A DNA stretch of 60,964 nucleotides from Eubacteriales bacterium (GCA_045594745.1 JAZNZC010000074.1:1-60964); one strand, 5' to 3'. Numbered from the stretch's first letter, positions 6,697-16,294 are shown. A program made the numbers and translations. Notes: generated by a model from the sequence alone, not told the origin.

Positions 6697-8448
6697 ATGA
6701 GCAACATTCCAAGATGTGAGCATCCCCGTCCCGACAGATTGCGCCAAGATTGGGTCAACCTCAATGGCGTATGGGATTTTGAAATTGATAACGCCAAGGT
6801 TGGCTTGGAAAAGAAATTTTACGAGAGAGGCAGCCTTGATCAAAAAATAAACGTTCCGTTCTCGCCCGAAACGGTTCTGTCAGGCATTGGACACACCGAT
6901 TTTATGAATGCGGTTTGGTATCGCAGAAATGTTGACATTCCCGCAGAGTGGGCTGGCAAGCGTGTGATCTTGCACATCGACGCCTGCGACCACACCACGC
7001 GCGTGTTTGTCAACGGCAAATCGGTAGGAGATCCGCACAAGGGTGGCTACACGTCCTTCTCTTATGATATCACCGACGCGCTTTCCCAAAAGGATAACTA
7101 TATCACGATTTATGCCGAGGATGACATTCTTTCGGGTAAGCAATTTGCGGGCAAGCAGTCCACAAAGCTGAACTCTTACGGCTGCTTCTACACGCGCACC
7201 ACGGGCATTTGGCAGACCGTTTGGCTCGAAGCAGTCGAGGCGGCACACGTCCTCTCCTACAAGGTTTACCCGAACATTTCAAAGCCCTCGGTTGTTATCG
7301 AAACCGCGACTGTTGGCACGCAAAGCGACGACACGTTGTGCATAAAAGCCTATTTTGAGGGAAAACTGATGGGTTCTGCCACCACAAAAATGGCATCTGC
7401 AACCACGGTTATGGAAATTGACCTTGCCGAAGCACACCTTTGGGAATGCGGTAACGGAAGACTCTACGATCTTGTTTTCGAGCTGACGTCGGGCGAAAAG
7501 GTTGACGTGATGAACGGCTACTTCGGCTTGCGCGAGGTCAAATTGACAAAAGAGAAGGGCCTTGAGATCAACGGCAAGACCGTTTTCGGTCGTTTTGTTC
7601 TCGACCAAGGCTTCAATCCCGAGGGAGTTATCACGGCTCCTACGGATGAAGCACTCAAGTTCGATATTGAAGCCTCGATGGCTTGCGGATTTAACGGCGC
7701 ACGCCTGCACCAAAAGGTGTTTGAGCCTCGTTTCCTTTATCACGCCGACAAGCTCGGCTACATGGTTTGGGCAGAGGCAGGCAACTGGGGCTTCGACCAC
7801 ACCAATTTTGCCAATCTTGAAAACTTTTTACCCGAGTGGCTTGAGGAAATGGAGCGCGATTTCTCGCACCCGTCTATCATTGGCTGGTGTCCTTTCAACG
7901 AGACGTGGGAGCGAAACGGACATCCGCAGAGCATCGCGCTCATCGATGCCGTTTATGACATCACCAAAGCGATCGACACCACGCGCCCCGTTGTTGCAAC
8001 GAGCGGCTCGTTCCCGACGACACGCACCGACGTTCACGACGTGCACGACTACGAGCAAGATCCAGCCCTGTTCCGTTCTTATTATGCGGAAATGGAAAAG
8101 GGCATCGCGCGCGATCAGCTTCACAGATTAAATTCGCATCGCCAGGTCTACAAAACAGAGCTGCCCGTATTTATGAGCGAATACGGCGGCATCCGTTGGG
8201 TTATGGACAACGACAACGCAGGCTGGGGCTACGGTGCATCCGTTCTCAGCGAGGACGAATTCTTCACGCGTCTTGAGGGGCTCACCGATGCTCTCCTCGA
8301 AAATCCGCATTTCTTCGCATTCTGCTACACCCAGCTCACCGACGTGGAACAAGAACAAAACGGTCTGCTTACCTACGACCGCCACTTCAAATTCCCTGCC
8401 GAGAAGTTTGCGAGAATCTTTAGCAAAAAGTCTGTTATAGAAAAATAA
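6697..8448 (+). CDS. glycoside hydrolase family 2
   Basis: 583 aa with GGAG RBS. Candidate acid/base WCPFNE and nucleophile MSEYGG motifs. The N-terminal sugar-binding region is paralogous to the C-terminal part of the 56254-59250 product. Confidence 0.9.
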   Translation: MSNIPRCEHPRPDRLRQDWVNLNGVWDFEIDNAKVGLEKKFYERGSLDQKINVPFSPETVLSGIGHTDFMNAVWYRRNVDIPAEWAGKRVILHIDACDHTTRVFVNGKSVGDPHKGGYTSFSYDITDALSQKDNYITIYAEDDILSGKQFAGKQSTKLNSYGCFYTRTTGIWQTVWLEAVEAAHVLSYKVYPNISKPSVVIETATVGTQSDDTLCIKAYFEGKLMGSATTKMASATTVMEIDLAEAHLWECGNGRLYDLVFELTSGEKVDVMNGYFGLREVKLTKEKGLEINGKTVFGRFVLDQGFNPEGVITAPTDEALKFDIEASMACGFNGARLHQKVFEPRFLYHADKLGYMVWAEAGNWGFDHTNFANLENFLPEWLEEMERDFSHPSIIGWCPFNETWERNGHPQSIALIDAVYDITKAIDTTRPVVATSGSFPTTRTDVHDVHDYEQDPALFRSYYAEMEKGIARDQLHRLNSHRQVYKTELPVFMSEYGGIRWVMDNDNAGWGYGASVLSEDEFFTRLEGLTDALLENPHFFAFCYTQLTDVEQEQNGLLTYDRHFKFPAEKFARIFSKKSVIEK

Positions 8449-8456
8449 GGAATGAT

Positions 8457-8492
8457 TGTGGGGGAAACTTCTTGCAAGAAGTTTCCCCCACA
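8457..8492. repeat. 36-bp perfect palindrome (GTGGGG..CCCCAC family)
   Basis: TGTGGGGGAAACTTCTTG/CAAGAAGTTTCCCCCACA; every base pairs with its mirror partner. Confidence 0.85.
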
Positions 8493-8655
8493 CCCCTTTC
8501 AAGAACTCTCGCACAAAAATTATCTAAATAGAGTTGTTAGTGCACTAACGGACAGTCGGCGCGAGGGGAGGGGATAAGAGTGCAGAGTGCAGAATGCAGA
8601 GTGAATATCAACCGGTAGGGCGGGAGCAAGCCCCCGCCCTACTTTTTAGAAACCA

Positions 8656-8684
8656 TTGACATTTTCGCGCAAGAGTGGTATAAT
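8656..8684 (+). promoter_or_regulatory. consensus sigmaA promoter of the GH78-like gene
   Basis: TTGACA (8656-8661), 17 nt, TATAAT (8679-8684). Confidence 0.6.
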
Positions 8685-8713
8685 AAAGAAAAGCAAAAAG
8701 GAGGAATCTGACA

Positions 8714-11086
8714 ATGATATTCTCTCAAAAGTTCATATCCTTTTCAAGAAAAACGTGCACCTTAAACGATTGGGTTGCCGCCCCCTATATGCGCCGCGAT
8801 TTCAATCTTTCAACTCTTCCCCAAAAGGCAGAGCTGACCGTTTGCGCGCTTGGCTTTTACGAGCTGTTTGTCAATGGAAAGAAAATAACAAAAGGGCATC
8901 TTTCTCCCTTTATCGTCAACCCCGATCAAGTGTTGCCCTATGACACCTACGACGTTACGTCTTTGCTTTGCGAGGGCGATAATGTTATTGCCTTTATTCT
9001 TGGCAACGGTATGCAAAACGGTTTTGGCGGATTTATTTGGGATTTTGACAAAACCTCTTTTCTTTCCGCTCCCAAGCTCGCCTTTGCGCTGGAGCTTACC
9101 ACAGGTGATGAAAAAACGGTGATCGAAGCCGATGAAAATGTTCGTTGCCACCCCTCTCCCATTGTGTTTGACGATCTGCGTTACGGTGAAAAATACGATG
9201 CAAACAAAGAGGTTGCAAATTGGAATTTGGTTGGCTGCGATCTTTCAAATTGGACACCGCCCATTCATCGAAGCTGCAATCGAGGCGATGCAATTCTTTG
9301 CGACAACCGTCCCATTGTCGCCACGGGTGAATTAAAGGCTGTTTCCATCACGCCCGTCGATGGCGGATACCTTTACGATTTTGGTGTCAACATTGTTGGT
9401 CTGACGCGCCTTTCCATCAAGGGAGAGGCAGAACAGCACATCGTCATTGATCACAGCGAGATGTTGGAAAACGGAAAGATATGCTTCAAAAGCATTATGT
9501 TCGACCGCCCGCACCTGGCACATCTTAACCCTTACGTACAACGCACCGAATACATCTGCAAGGGTGAGGGCGTTGAAGAATACATCCCCCATTTTACCTA
9601 TTACGGCTTCCGATACGCCTACGTTACGGGCATCGAAGCACATCAGGCAACGGTCGATCTTTTGACCTGCGTGGTGATGAACACCAAGCTTGGCGACAGA
9701 GGAAACTTCCATTGCTCCGATGAAACTCTGAACAAATTGCAGGGGATGACGCGTCGCTCCACGCTTGGCAACTTCCAGCATTTTCCCAACGACTGTCCTC
9801 ACCGCGAAAAGAACGGTTGGACGGCTGATGCGGCACTTTCTGCCGAGCAGACACTCCTCAATTTCGAGCCCGAGGATAACTACCTGATGTGGGAAAAGTG
9901 CATCGTTCGTGCAATGAACGAGCAGGGAGCGCTCCCCGGCATCGTGCCCACGGGCGGATGGGGCTTCCACTGGGGCAACGGCCCTGCATGGGATAGTGTG
10001 CTCATCTATTTGCCTTATTTTACGGCGGTTCTGCGCGACGACTTGCGCGTGGCAGAGGCGGCAAAAGAGGCGATGGTGCGCTATTTTCGCTACCTGACCT
10101 CGCGTCGCGATATCCGCGGACTGCTTGAGATCGGACTTGGTGATTGGTGCCCCGCAAATCCCGATTACACAACACCGCTTATTTTTACCGATAGCACCAT
10201 CGCTTACGATCTCGCCGTCAAGGCGGCGTACCTTTACGACCGTATGGAAATGCCTGAGGAAGCGGACTATTGTCGCAATTTTGCAACCGAAATGCGCGCC
10301 GCCATCCGCAAGCATCTTTTGGAGGATGCCGATACGATGCGCTTTATCAGCGGACGTCAATCGGTTCAATCGATGGCGATCTATTACGGTCTTTGCGACA
10401 ACGAGGAAGAAAAAGAAAAGGCACTTGCGATCCTTCTCGACGAGATCCACAAGCAAGACGACCACATGGGTGTTGGCGTGCTTGGCGGACGTGTCATCTT
10501 CCGTGTGCTTTGCGACAACGGCTACGAGGATCTCGCATTCAAGATGATCACGCGCCCCGATCCCCCCTCTTACGGCGTTATGATCGCCGATGGCCTGACC
10601 ACGCTTGCCGAGAACGTAAGAGAGCCCTACGGTTCGCTCAATCACCATTTCTGGGGTGACATTTCGGCGCTGTTCATCGAATATTTCGCGGGCATCCGTC
10701 CCAATCCCGACCTGCAAAATGCGGCGAATATCAATATACGTCCTGTATTTCCTTCCACTTTGCAGAGCGCAAAAGCCTATTATAAGGCTACCTCGGGCCG
10801 CGTTGAGGTGTCTTGGGAGAGAGAACCGGATTGCGTGAGAATGAAATTGACTTATCCCGCAGGCGCCAAGGGCTTTGTGATTGCTCCCCGCGGATACGTT
10901 GTAAACGGACGCGAAAAGGCCAAAGCCGAGAGCGGAACGTATGTTTTCTTGCCGCCCGACAAAGCAAGTCTGCCGCGAAGATCCATCGATTTTGTTCTCC
11001 ACAACCGCATTACACGAAGAATTAAGAGAGTTTTGAAAAACACCATGGGAATGGAAAAAAGCTCTTCTCAAAAAGAAGAAAACTAA
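8714..11086 (+). CDS. GH78-like alpha-L-rhamnosidase family protein
   Basis: 790 aa with AGGAGG RBS. DCPHREKNGWTADA resembles the DCPxRE+xGW motif of the GH78 six-hairpin catalytic domain. No signal peptide. Confidence 0.8.
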   Translation: MIFSQKFISFSRKTCTLNDWVAAPYMRRDFNLSTLPQKAELTVCALGFYELFVNGKKITKGHLSPFIVNPDQVLPYDTYDVTSLLCEGDNVIAFILGNGMQNGFGGFIWDFDKTSFLSAPKLAFALELTTGDEKTVIEADENVRCHPSPIVFDDLRYGEKYDANKEVANWNLVGCDLSNWTPPIHRSCNRGDAILCDNRPIVATGELKAVSITPVDGGYLYDFGVNIVGLTRLSIKGEAEQHIVIDHSEMLENGKICFKSIMFDRPHLAHLNPYVQRTEYICKGEGVEEYIPHFTYYGFRYAYVTGIEAHQATVDLLTCVVMNTKLGDRGNFHCSDETLNKLQGMTRRSTLGNFQHFPNDCPHREKNGWTADAALSAEQTLLNFEPEDNYLMWEKCIVRAMNEQGALPGIVPTGGWGFHWGNGPAWDSVLIYLPYFTAVLRDDLRVAEAAKEAMVRYFRYLTSRRDIRGLLEIGLGDWCPANPDYTTPLIFTDSTIAYDLAVKAAYLYDRMEMPEEADYCRNFATEMRAAIRKHLLEDADTMRFISGRQSVQSMAIYYGLCDNEEEKEKALAILLDEIHKQDDHMGVGVLGGRVIFRVLCDNGYEDLAFKMITRPDPPSYGVMIADGLTTLAENVREPYGSLNHHFWGDISALFIEYFAGIRPNPDLQNAANINIRPVFPSTLQSAKAYYKATSGRVEVSWEREPDCVRMKLTYPAGAKGFVIAPRGYVVNGREKAKAESGTYVFLPPDKASLPRRSIDFVLHNRITRRIKRVLKNTMGMEKSSSQKEEN

Positions 11087-11460
11087 AAAATCAGGCTCAA
11101 ATGCAAATATGGGCTAAGCCAAAACCCTTATTACAAACAGAAAGAGCAAACACGCAAGACGAAAAATCTTGTATGTCTGCTCTTTTTTTGTTAGTGATGT
11201 TTTTGCTGACGCAAAAGTGATGCTATGCTGTGCATAATGATGTTGTTCGCCAAGGCTCGCAGTGATGTGATGTTTGCCCACTGTGCCGAAGGCACAACAT
11301 CATTCACGCAGTGAACATCACGAGGCGAAGCCGTCATCACTTGCCCGTGAGGGCAAACATCGTTTAGCATGAATGCTCCGCTTGGAGCATCACGCTATCG
11401 GTGTGCGCTTTCCTTTTTTGTCCAAAGTGTAAAAAACCTATGGTTTTTTAATAAAAAGAA

Positions 11461-11489
11461 TTGACAAGTTTGTGCTATGATGCTATAAT
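11461..11489 (+). promoter_or_regulatory. consensus sigmaA promoter of the triple-MBL gene
   Basis: TTGACA (11461-11466), 17 nt, TATAAT (11484-11489). Confidence 0.6.
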
Positions 11490-11538
11490 AAGGCATACCC
11501 CCACATAAAAGGGGACTTTTGGAAAGGAACACAAAGGA

Positions 11539-14500
11539 ATGGAAGAAAGCAAAATGAGCAAAAGCTCTAAAAAATTTGACTGGAAGAAATACCTTGACAA
11601 AAAGTATTGGAAGGTATACGTAGCCGTTCTTCTTGCTCTTATTGTTGTTACAACAGCCATCGTTTGGATCGTTGTTGCGAACAAAAACAATGAGCCCGCA
11701 GAAACGACTCCCGCAGTAACCACTCCCAACACAGACGATCCCGGCGTTTCCCCGACCGATAAAACGGCGGCAGATATCGTTGCGTCTCTGAGTCCCGCAC
11801 AAGTCTTTGAGGCAACCTTTGGCTGCCAAGAGGCTATCTTTGAGAACGTCGCATCCCGCGATACCGTTCTCAATGCATTTAAGGCAGAAGGCTATACCCA
11901 ACTCGACGTTGGTATGGTCGAAGGTGCAAAATTTGAAACCATTCTCTTAACAAAAGCCGAAGAGCTCATTACGCTCTATTGGATCCCGGCAGAAAAAGAA
12001 ATGCGCGTCACCTGGGAAAAGGCTGATGAGGATGCTCTTTCTGTTCTGCAAGAGAACGCATCCACGGGCGGCGGCACCTTGACGATGGTACAGATCGGTG
12101 TTGAAAGAGGCCAGGCTGTTGACAACCCGATGATCGGTATGTGCTATGTATTCAAGCTCTCCAACGGCCGCGCAATGATCATCGACGGCGGTTATTATTA
12201 CGACGAGTGCGCCGAAAACATCTACGCAGCTTTGGCAAAATTGGATATTGCCAAGACAGAGGATGACAAATACATCATCGAGGCTTGGATCTTTACCCAC
12301 GGCCACGGCGACCACAACGGTGTATTGAACAATTTTGCTCCTCTTTACAGCGACAAGACAGAGATCAACTATTTCCTCTATCAGTTCCCCATGAACGATA
12401 CGATCTCTGCTACCGGCGGCGGCAAGGAAGGCGAGGAAGCCTTCCACGAGCTGTGCAAGACCGCGTATCCGAACGCTACATACGTCAACCCCCACGTAGG
12501 TCTTAACTACTATTTCGGCAACGCGACCGTTAGTATGCTCTACACCCCCGACGTACTGTGGGCAACCGACAACAAGCTGACCTACTACAACAACACCAGC
12601 TTGATCTTCAACGTTCACGGCGGCGGCACAGGCTTCCTTTGCATGGGTGACGCAGGCGATCTCGCAGCAGAAAGATCCTGGGGCTTGTTCGATGAAACTG
12701 CTTATAAGAGCGGCGTTCTGCAGATCACCCACCACGGTCTTACCACCGACGACAAAAACATCCACGTTTGGGATAACATCAAAAAGATCTACGAGGCAAC
12801 AGGCATCTCCTATGCGGTTCTCCCGATGGGTACGCGCATTGGCGATAGCGTTGAGAACGGAAACTGGAAGAGCGGCAACGGTCGTTGGGCAGTTATTTTC
12901 CAATATGCTTATGCCGGCGTCAACGGAATCGGTGGACAAATGTCCATGTTTGTTAAGCAAGGCGACGCTCCCACATCCAACGGTTATTTTGGACAGGAGC
13001 TGTTCAACCGCTTTATTGCAACCGTTGAAACAGGCTTCAACTATATGGAGCAGCAGTCTTCTTACTTCAAAAACGTAAAATCTCTGCACGGCTATAACGG
13101 CATCAATATGATCGATAACGGCAACGGCCTGATCACCTACATCTCCTCTCGCGATAAGACGGAAATGGCAACCGTATTCCAATTTGCCAAGGGTGGCGTT
13201 ACCGTTAAGAAGAACGAGGAGCTCTCCGAGTGGCTCAAGCTGCCCGAGTTCAACACCACCGATGTTATTACAAGCATTGACAGTGCCGCCGAGCTCTTTG
13301 AAAGCACCTTTGAAACACAAGAGGTCGTTTTGAAGAATGTTTCTGACAGAGCAAGCCTTGTTTCCGCATTTACCACGCGCGGCTTTGAGGCAGTTGATGT
13401 TACTTCCGTAGCAGGCGCAAAGTTTGATACCTTGCTCTTTACCAACGGAATGGAATTGGCAACCGTTTATTGGAAGCCTGCCGAAAACGAAGCACGCATC
13501 CTCTTTGAAAAATTGGATGAGAATGCTCTTGCACCGCTCTCCCCCAACCAGACAACCGGCAAGGGTGAATTGACCATGGTTCAGGTTGGTATTCAAAGAG
13601 GCCCCACCGATACGGGCAGCCCGATGATCGGTATGTGTTACGTTATCAAGCTTTCCGACGGTCGTGCGATCGTTATTGACGGTGGCTTTAACCTTGAGAG
13701 CAACGCCGATAACGTCTACGGTGCACTTTCCAAATTAAACGTTGCAAGAAACGATAACGATCAATATATCATCGCCGCTTGGTTCTTCTCGCACGGCGAC
13801 GGAGACCACATTGGCGTTATGGAAGCCTTTGGTAAAAAGTACAGTGATAAGGTAGACGTAGAATGTGTTATCTACAATCTCCCCAGTGTCGGTCAACTGT
13901 TGGCTCCCACAAGTGCCGCCGGAGAAAAGGCTTTTGTCGAAAACTGTAAGGTTGCATATCCAAACGCCGTACACCTCATTCCTCGCGCAGGTGTAACCTA
14001 TTACTTTGGCAATGCCACTATCGATATGCTCTACACACCCGACCTCGTTTGGTCGCCTGAGAGCAAGATCACCTATTATAACAGCACCAGCTTGGTCTTT
14101 ATGGTCAATGGCGGCGGTGTTTCCTTCCTTTCCACCGGTGATGCAGGCGAATCCGCCTTCACGGTTATGTGGAACAACTACGAGAGCAGCACCTTTGCGT
14201 GTGACCTCTTCCAATATCCGCACCACGGTCTTACCACCAAGGAAAAAGTAGACGGTGTCAATTACAGCGACTACACATGGACGTATATCAAGAAGGTCCT
14301 CGATGCAACAGGTGCGAAGTATGCGGTGCTTCCTATGGGCGACCGTCATCCCGGCAACTCCTATAACGGACGTGCTACCGAAATGATCTTCCGCGGCAAT
14401 GCAGGAACAGGTATCTCTTATATGCTGAACATGAGCGACAAACACGGCGTAGATCTTTCTAAGGATGTATATGAAGCGTTTGTAAAAGATGTCGCCAACG

Positions 14501-16074
14501 GAACGAACACCCATGAGACCTACCTTGGCTACAACGGCATCAATATGCTCAAGAGTGCCAATGGACTTATTACCTATATGTCCGGCAGCGAGCTTGATCC
14601 TATGGCAACGGTATTCTCCTTTGCGAGCGGAAAATTGACGGTTGATGTAAACAAAAAGCTCTACGATTGGTTGGCAGAGCCCACGCTTACCGAGTCCTTT
14701 GAAAACACCTTCGACTCGAATATGGAGATCTACACCAACGTTTGGGACAGTGCAATTTTTGTAGATCAATTCAAGGCAGAGGGTTATACGCTTCTTGATG
14801 TTGATACTGTTGAAGGCGCAAGATTTGAAACGATCGTTCTCTCCAAGGGTAACAAGCTTGTCACAATGTATTGGTTCAACACAACCGGCGACCTTCGCAT
14901 CGCTTACGACACGATTGACGAGAATGCACTCGCCCCCCTTACTCCCAACGAAGAGACAGGAAAGGGAACGGTCACACTGATCCAGATCGGTGTTGAAAGA
15001 GACAACAGAGATCCCAACAAGGCTACCGACAAGGGCAACCCGCAGATCGGTATGTGCTACATTATGAAGCTTTCCAATGGCAAGGCGATCGTTATTGACG
15101 GTGGCTTCAGTTACGAAACCAATGCAGATAACCTTTATAATGCGCTTGTAAAGCTTGACATTGCAAAGAATGCCGACGGCAAATATATGATCGAAGCGTG
15201 GATCTTTAGCCACGGTCACGGCGACCACAACGGCATTATGACCTCTTTTGGCGAAAAGTATGCCGATAAGACCGAGGTCAACTACATTATGTATCAGCTC
15301 CCCGCCAACAAGGCACTCTCCGATATTGGTGGCGGTGTTGGTGAGGCTGTATTCCACGAGCTCTGCAAAACCACCTATCCCAACGCAACCTATATTCTGC
15401 CTCACGCAAATCTGAAATACTACTTTGGCAATGCAACCATCGACGTGTTCTACACGCCTGACCTCATCTGGTCTCCTTCCAACCGTCTGCCCGACTATAA
15501 CGATACAAGTATCATTACCCGTTGGAACGCAGGCGGCACGGCATTCCTCTCCTTTGGTGATGCAGGTGAGATTCCCGCAACGGCTTTGTGGAAAAACTAC
15601 GAGGCTTCCGCTTTTGCAAGCAGCATCCTGCAAATCACGCACCACGGTCTTACCACAGGCGCAAATGAAAGCCAAGAGTGGAGAAACCTGAAGAAGGTTT
15701 ATGAAAGCGCTGGCGTTGATTATGCATTCCTGCCTATGGGAGCAGCATACGGTTCCCGTAACGGACGTTGGTCTGTTTTGTGCGGCTGGGGTTACACCGG
15801 CGGTCAAGCATCCTTTGCGCTCAACCGCGATGACGATGCGGCAGGCGTTGACCACACATCCTATGTCAACTTTGTAAACGGAGTTCGCGACGGCTCTATT
15901 ACCAACAAGACCTACCTTGGTTACAATGGCGTCAATATCATCGACAACGGACAGGGTAGAATCACTTATATCGCTTCCAGCGAGGATGACGTTATGGCAA
16001 CCATGTTCACCTTTGCCAACGGCGAAGCAACGCTTGTTTTCAATACCGAGCTCTACACTTGGCTTGAAGGCTAA
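11539..16074 (+). CDS. membrane-anchored protein with three tandem metallo-beta-lactamase-fold repeats
   Basis: 1511 aa. N-terminal Lys-rich tail, one TM helix and a Thr/Pro linker are followed by three alignable repeats of about 465-495 aa (roughly 11765-13254, 13255-14678, 14679-16071). Motifs are HGHGDH (12298-12315), HGDGDH (13792-13809) and HGHGDH (15211-15228). Each repeat also has GDAG and HHGL ligand-like motifs. Confidence 0.9.
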   Translation: MEESKMSKSSKKFDWKKYLDKKYWKVYVAVLLALIVVTTAIVWIVVANKNNEPAETTPAVTTPNTDDPGVSPTDKTAADIVASLSPAQVFEATFGCQEAIFENVASRDTVLNAFKAEGYTQLDVGMVEGAKFETILLTKAEELITLYWIPAEKEMRVTWEKADEDALSVLQENASTGGGTLTMVQIGVERGQAVDNPMIGMCYVFKLSNGRAMIIDGGYYYDECAENIYAALAKLDIAKTEDDKYIIEAWIFTHGHGDHNGVLNNFAPLYSDKTEINYFLYQFPMNDTISATGGGKEGEEAFHELCKTAYPNATYVNPHVGLNYYFGNATVSMLYTPDVLWATDNKLTYYNNTSLIFNVHGGGTGFLCMGDAGDLAAERSWGLFDETAYKSGVLQITHHGLTTDDKNIHVWDNIKKIYEATGISYAVLPMGTRIGDSVENGNWKSGNGRWAVIFQYAYAGVNGIGGQMSMFVKQGDAPTSNGYFGQELFNRFIATVETGFNYMEQQSSYFKNVKSLHGYNGINMIDNGNGLITYISSRDKTEMATVFQFAKGGVTVKKNEELSEWLKLPEFNTTDVITSIDSAAELFESTFETQEVVLKNVSDRASLVSAFTTRGFEAVDVTSVAGAKFDTLLFTNGMELATVYWKPAENEARILFEKLDENALAPLSPNQTTGKGELTMVQVGIQRGPTDTGSPMIGMCYVIKLSDGRAIVIDGGFNLESNADNVYGALSKLNVARNDNDQYIIAAWFFSHGDGDHIGVMEAFGKKYSDKVDVECVIYNLPSVGQLLAPTSAAGEKAFVENCKVAYPNAVHLIPRAGVTYYFGNATIDMLYTPDLVWSPESKITYYNSTSLVFMVNGGGVSFLSTGDAGESAFTVMWNNYESSTFACDLFQYPHHGLTTKEKVDGVNYSDYTWTYIKKVLDATGAKYAVLPMGDRHPGNSYNGRATEMIFRGNAGTGISYMLNMSDKHGVDLSKDVYEAFVKDVANGTNTHETYLGYNGINMLKSANGLITYMSGSELDPMATVFSFASGKLTVDVNKKLYDWLAEPTLTESFENTFDSNMEIYTNVWDSAIFVDQFKAEGYTLLDVDTVEGARFETIVLSKGNKLVTMYWFNTTGDLRIAYDTIDENALAPLTPNEETGKGTVTLIQIGVERDNRDPNKATDKGNPQIGMCYIMKLSNGKAIVIDGGFSYETNADNLYNALVKLDIAKNADGKYMIEAWIFSHGHGDHNGIMTSFGEKYADKTEVNYIMYQLPANKALSDIGGGVGEAVFHELCKTTYPNATYILPHANLKYYFGNATIDVFYTPDLIWSPSNRLPDYNDTSIITRWNAGGTAFLSFGDAGEIPATALWKNYEASAFASSILQITHHGLTTGANESQEWRNLKKVYESAGVDYAFLPMGAAYGSRNGRWSVLCGWGYTGGQASFALNRDDDAAGVDHTSYVNFVNGVRDGSITNKTYLGYNGVNIIDNGQGRITYIASSEDDVMATMFTFANGEATLVFNTELYTWLEG

Positions 16075-16094
16075 TCAAAAAAACCAACAAAAAG

Positions 16095-16118
16095 GGAGCT
16101 GTCCGCAAGGACAGCTCC
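16095..16118 (+). terminator. terminator hairpin after the triple-MBL gene
   Basis: GGAGCTGTCC-gcaa-GGACAGCTCC perfect 10-bp stem; weak T tract. Confidence 0.55.
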
Positions 16119-16294
16119 TATTGGTTTGCAAAACAAACACATATCGCAAATTCGCTCAGGATGACAGGCTGACTGATTATTTTGTTATATGCGTTAGAGC
16201 GGTCATCCCGAGAGAACTCTTATCGTGTGAATGCATAAAAAGGACAGAACGAAAGCATTCTCTGTCCTTTTCCTGTTGGTATGTATTATTTTTA

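Noticed and set aside
8128-8514. Recurrent small ORFs sharing the peptide FLKGVWGKLL.RSFPHK (also 31808-32005, 37301-37486, 42783-42974, 47032-47277, 52594-52827)
   Set aside because: They are translations of the GTGGGG..CCCCAC palindrome family in either orientation. They have no RBS and are always intergenic. The shared peptide reflects DNA repeat identity, not a gene family.
8581-8603. Heptamer tract TGCAGAG-TGCAGAA-TGCAGAG (inverse copy at 56128-56158) considered as a phase-variation microsatellite
   Set aside because: Only 3-4 imperfect units, intergenic and not within a promoter spacer or coding region. It appears to be one more module of the dispersed-repeat mosaic.
11947-15855. 549-aa and 706-aa minus-strand ORFs opposite the triple-MBL gene. 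Likewise 9332-11071 (GH78), 32113-33312, 33568-34887, 34912-35973, 45546-47030 (rny) and 56233-58734 (MFS::GH2).
   Set aside because: Same shadow-ORF artefact of codon usage. In every case the opposite strand carries a protein with strong family motifs, an RBS and a promoter.
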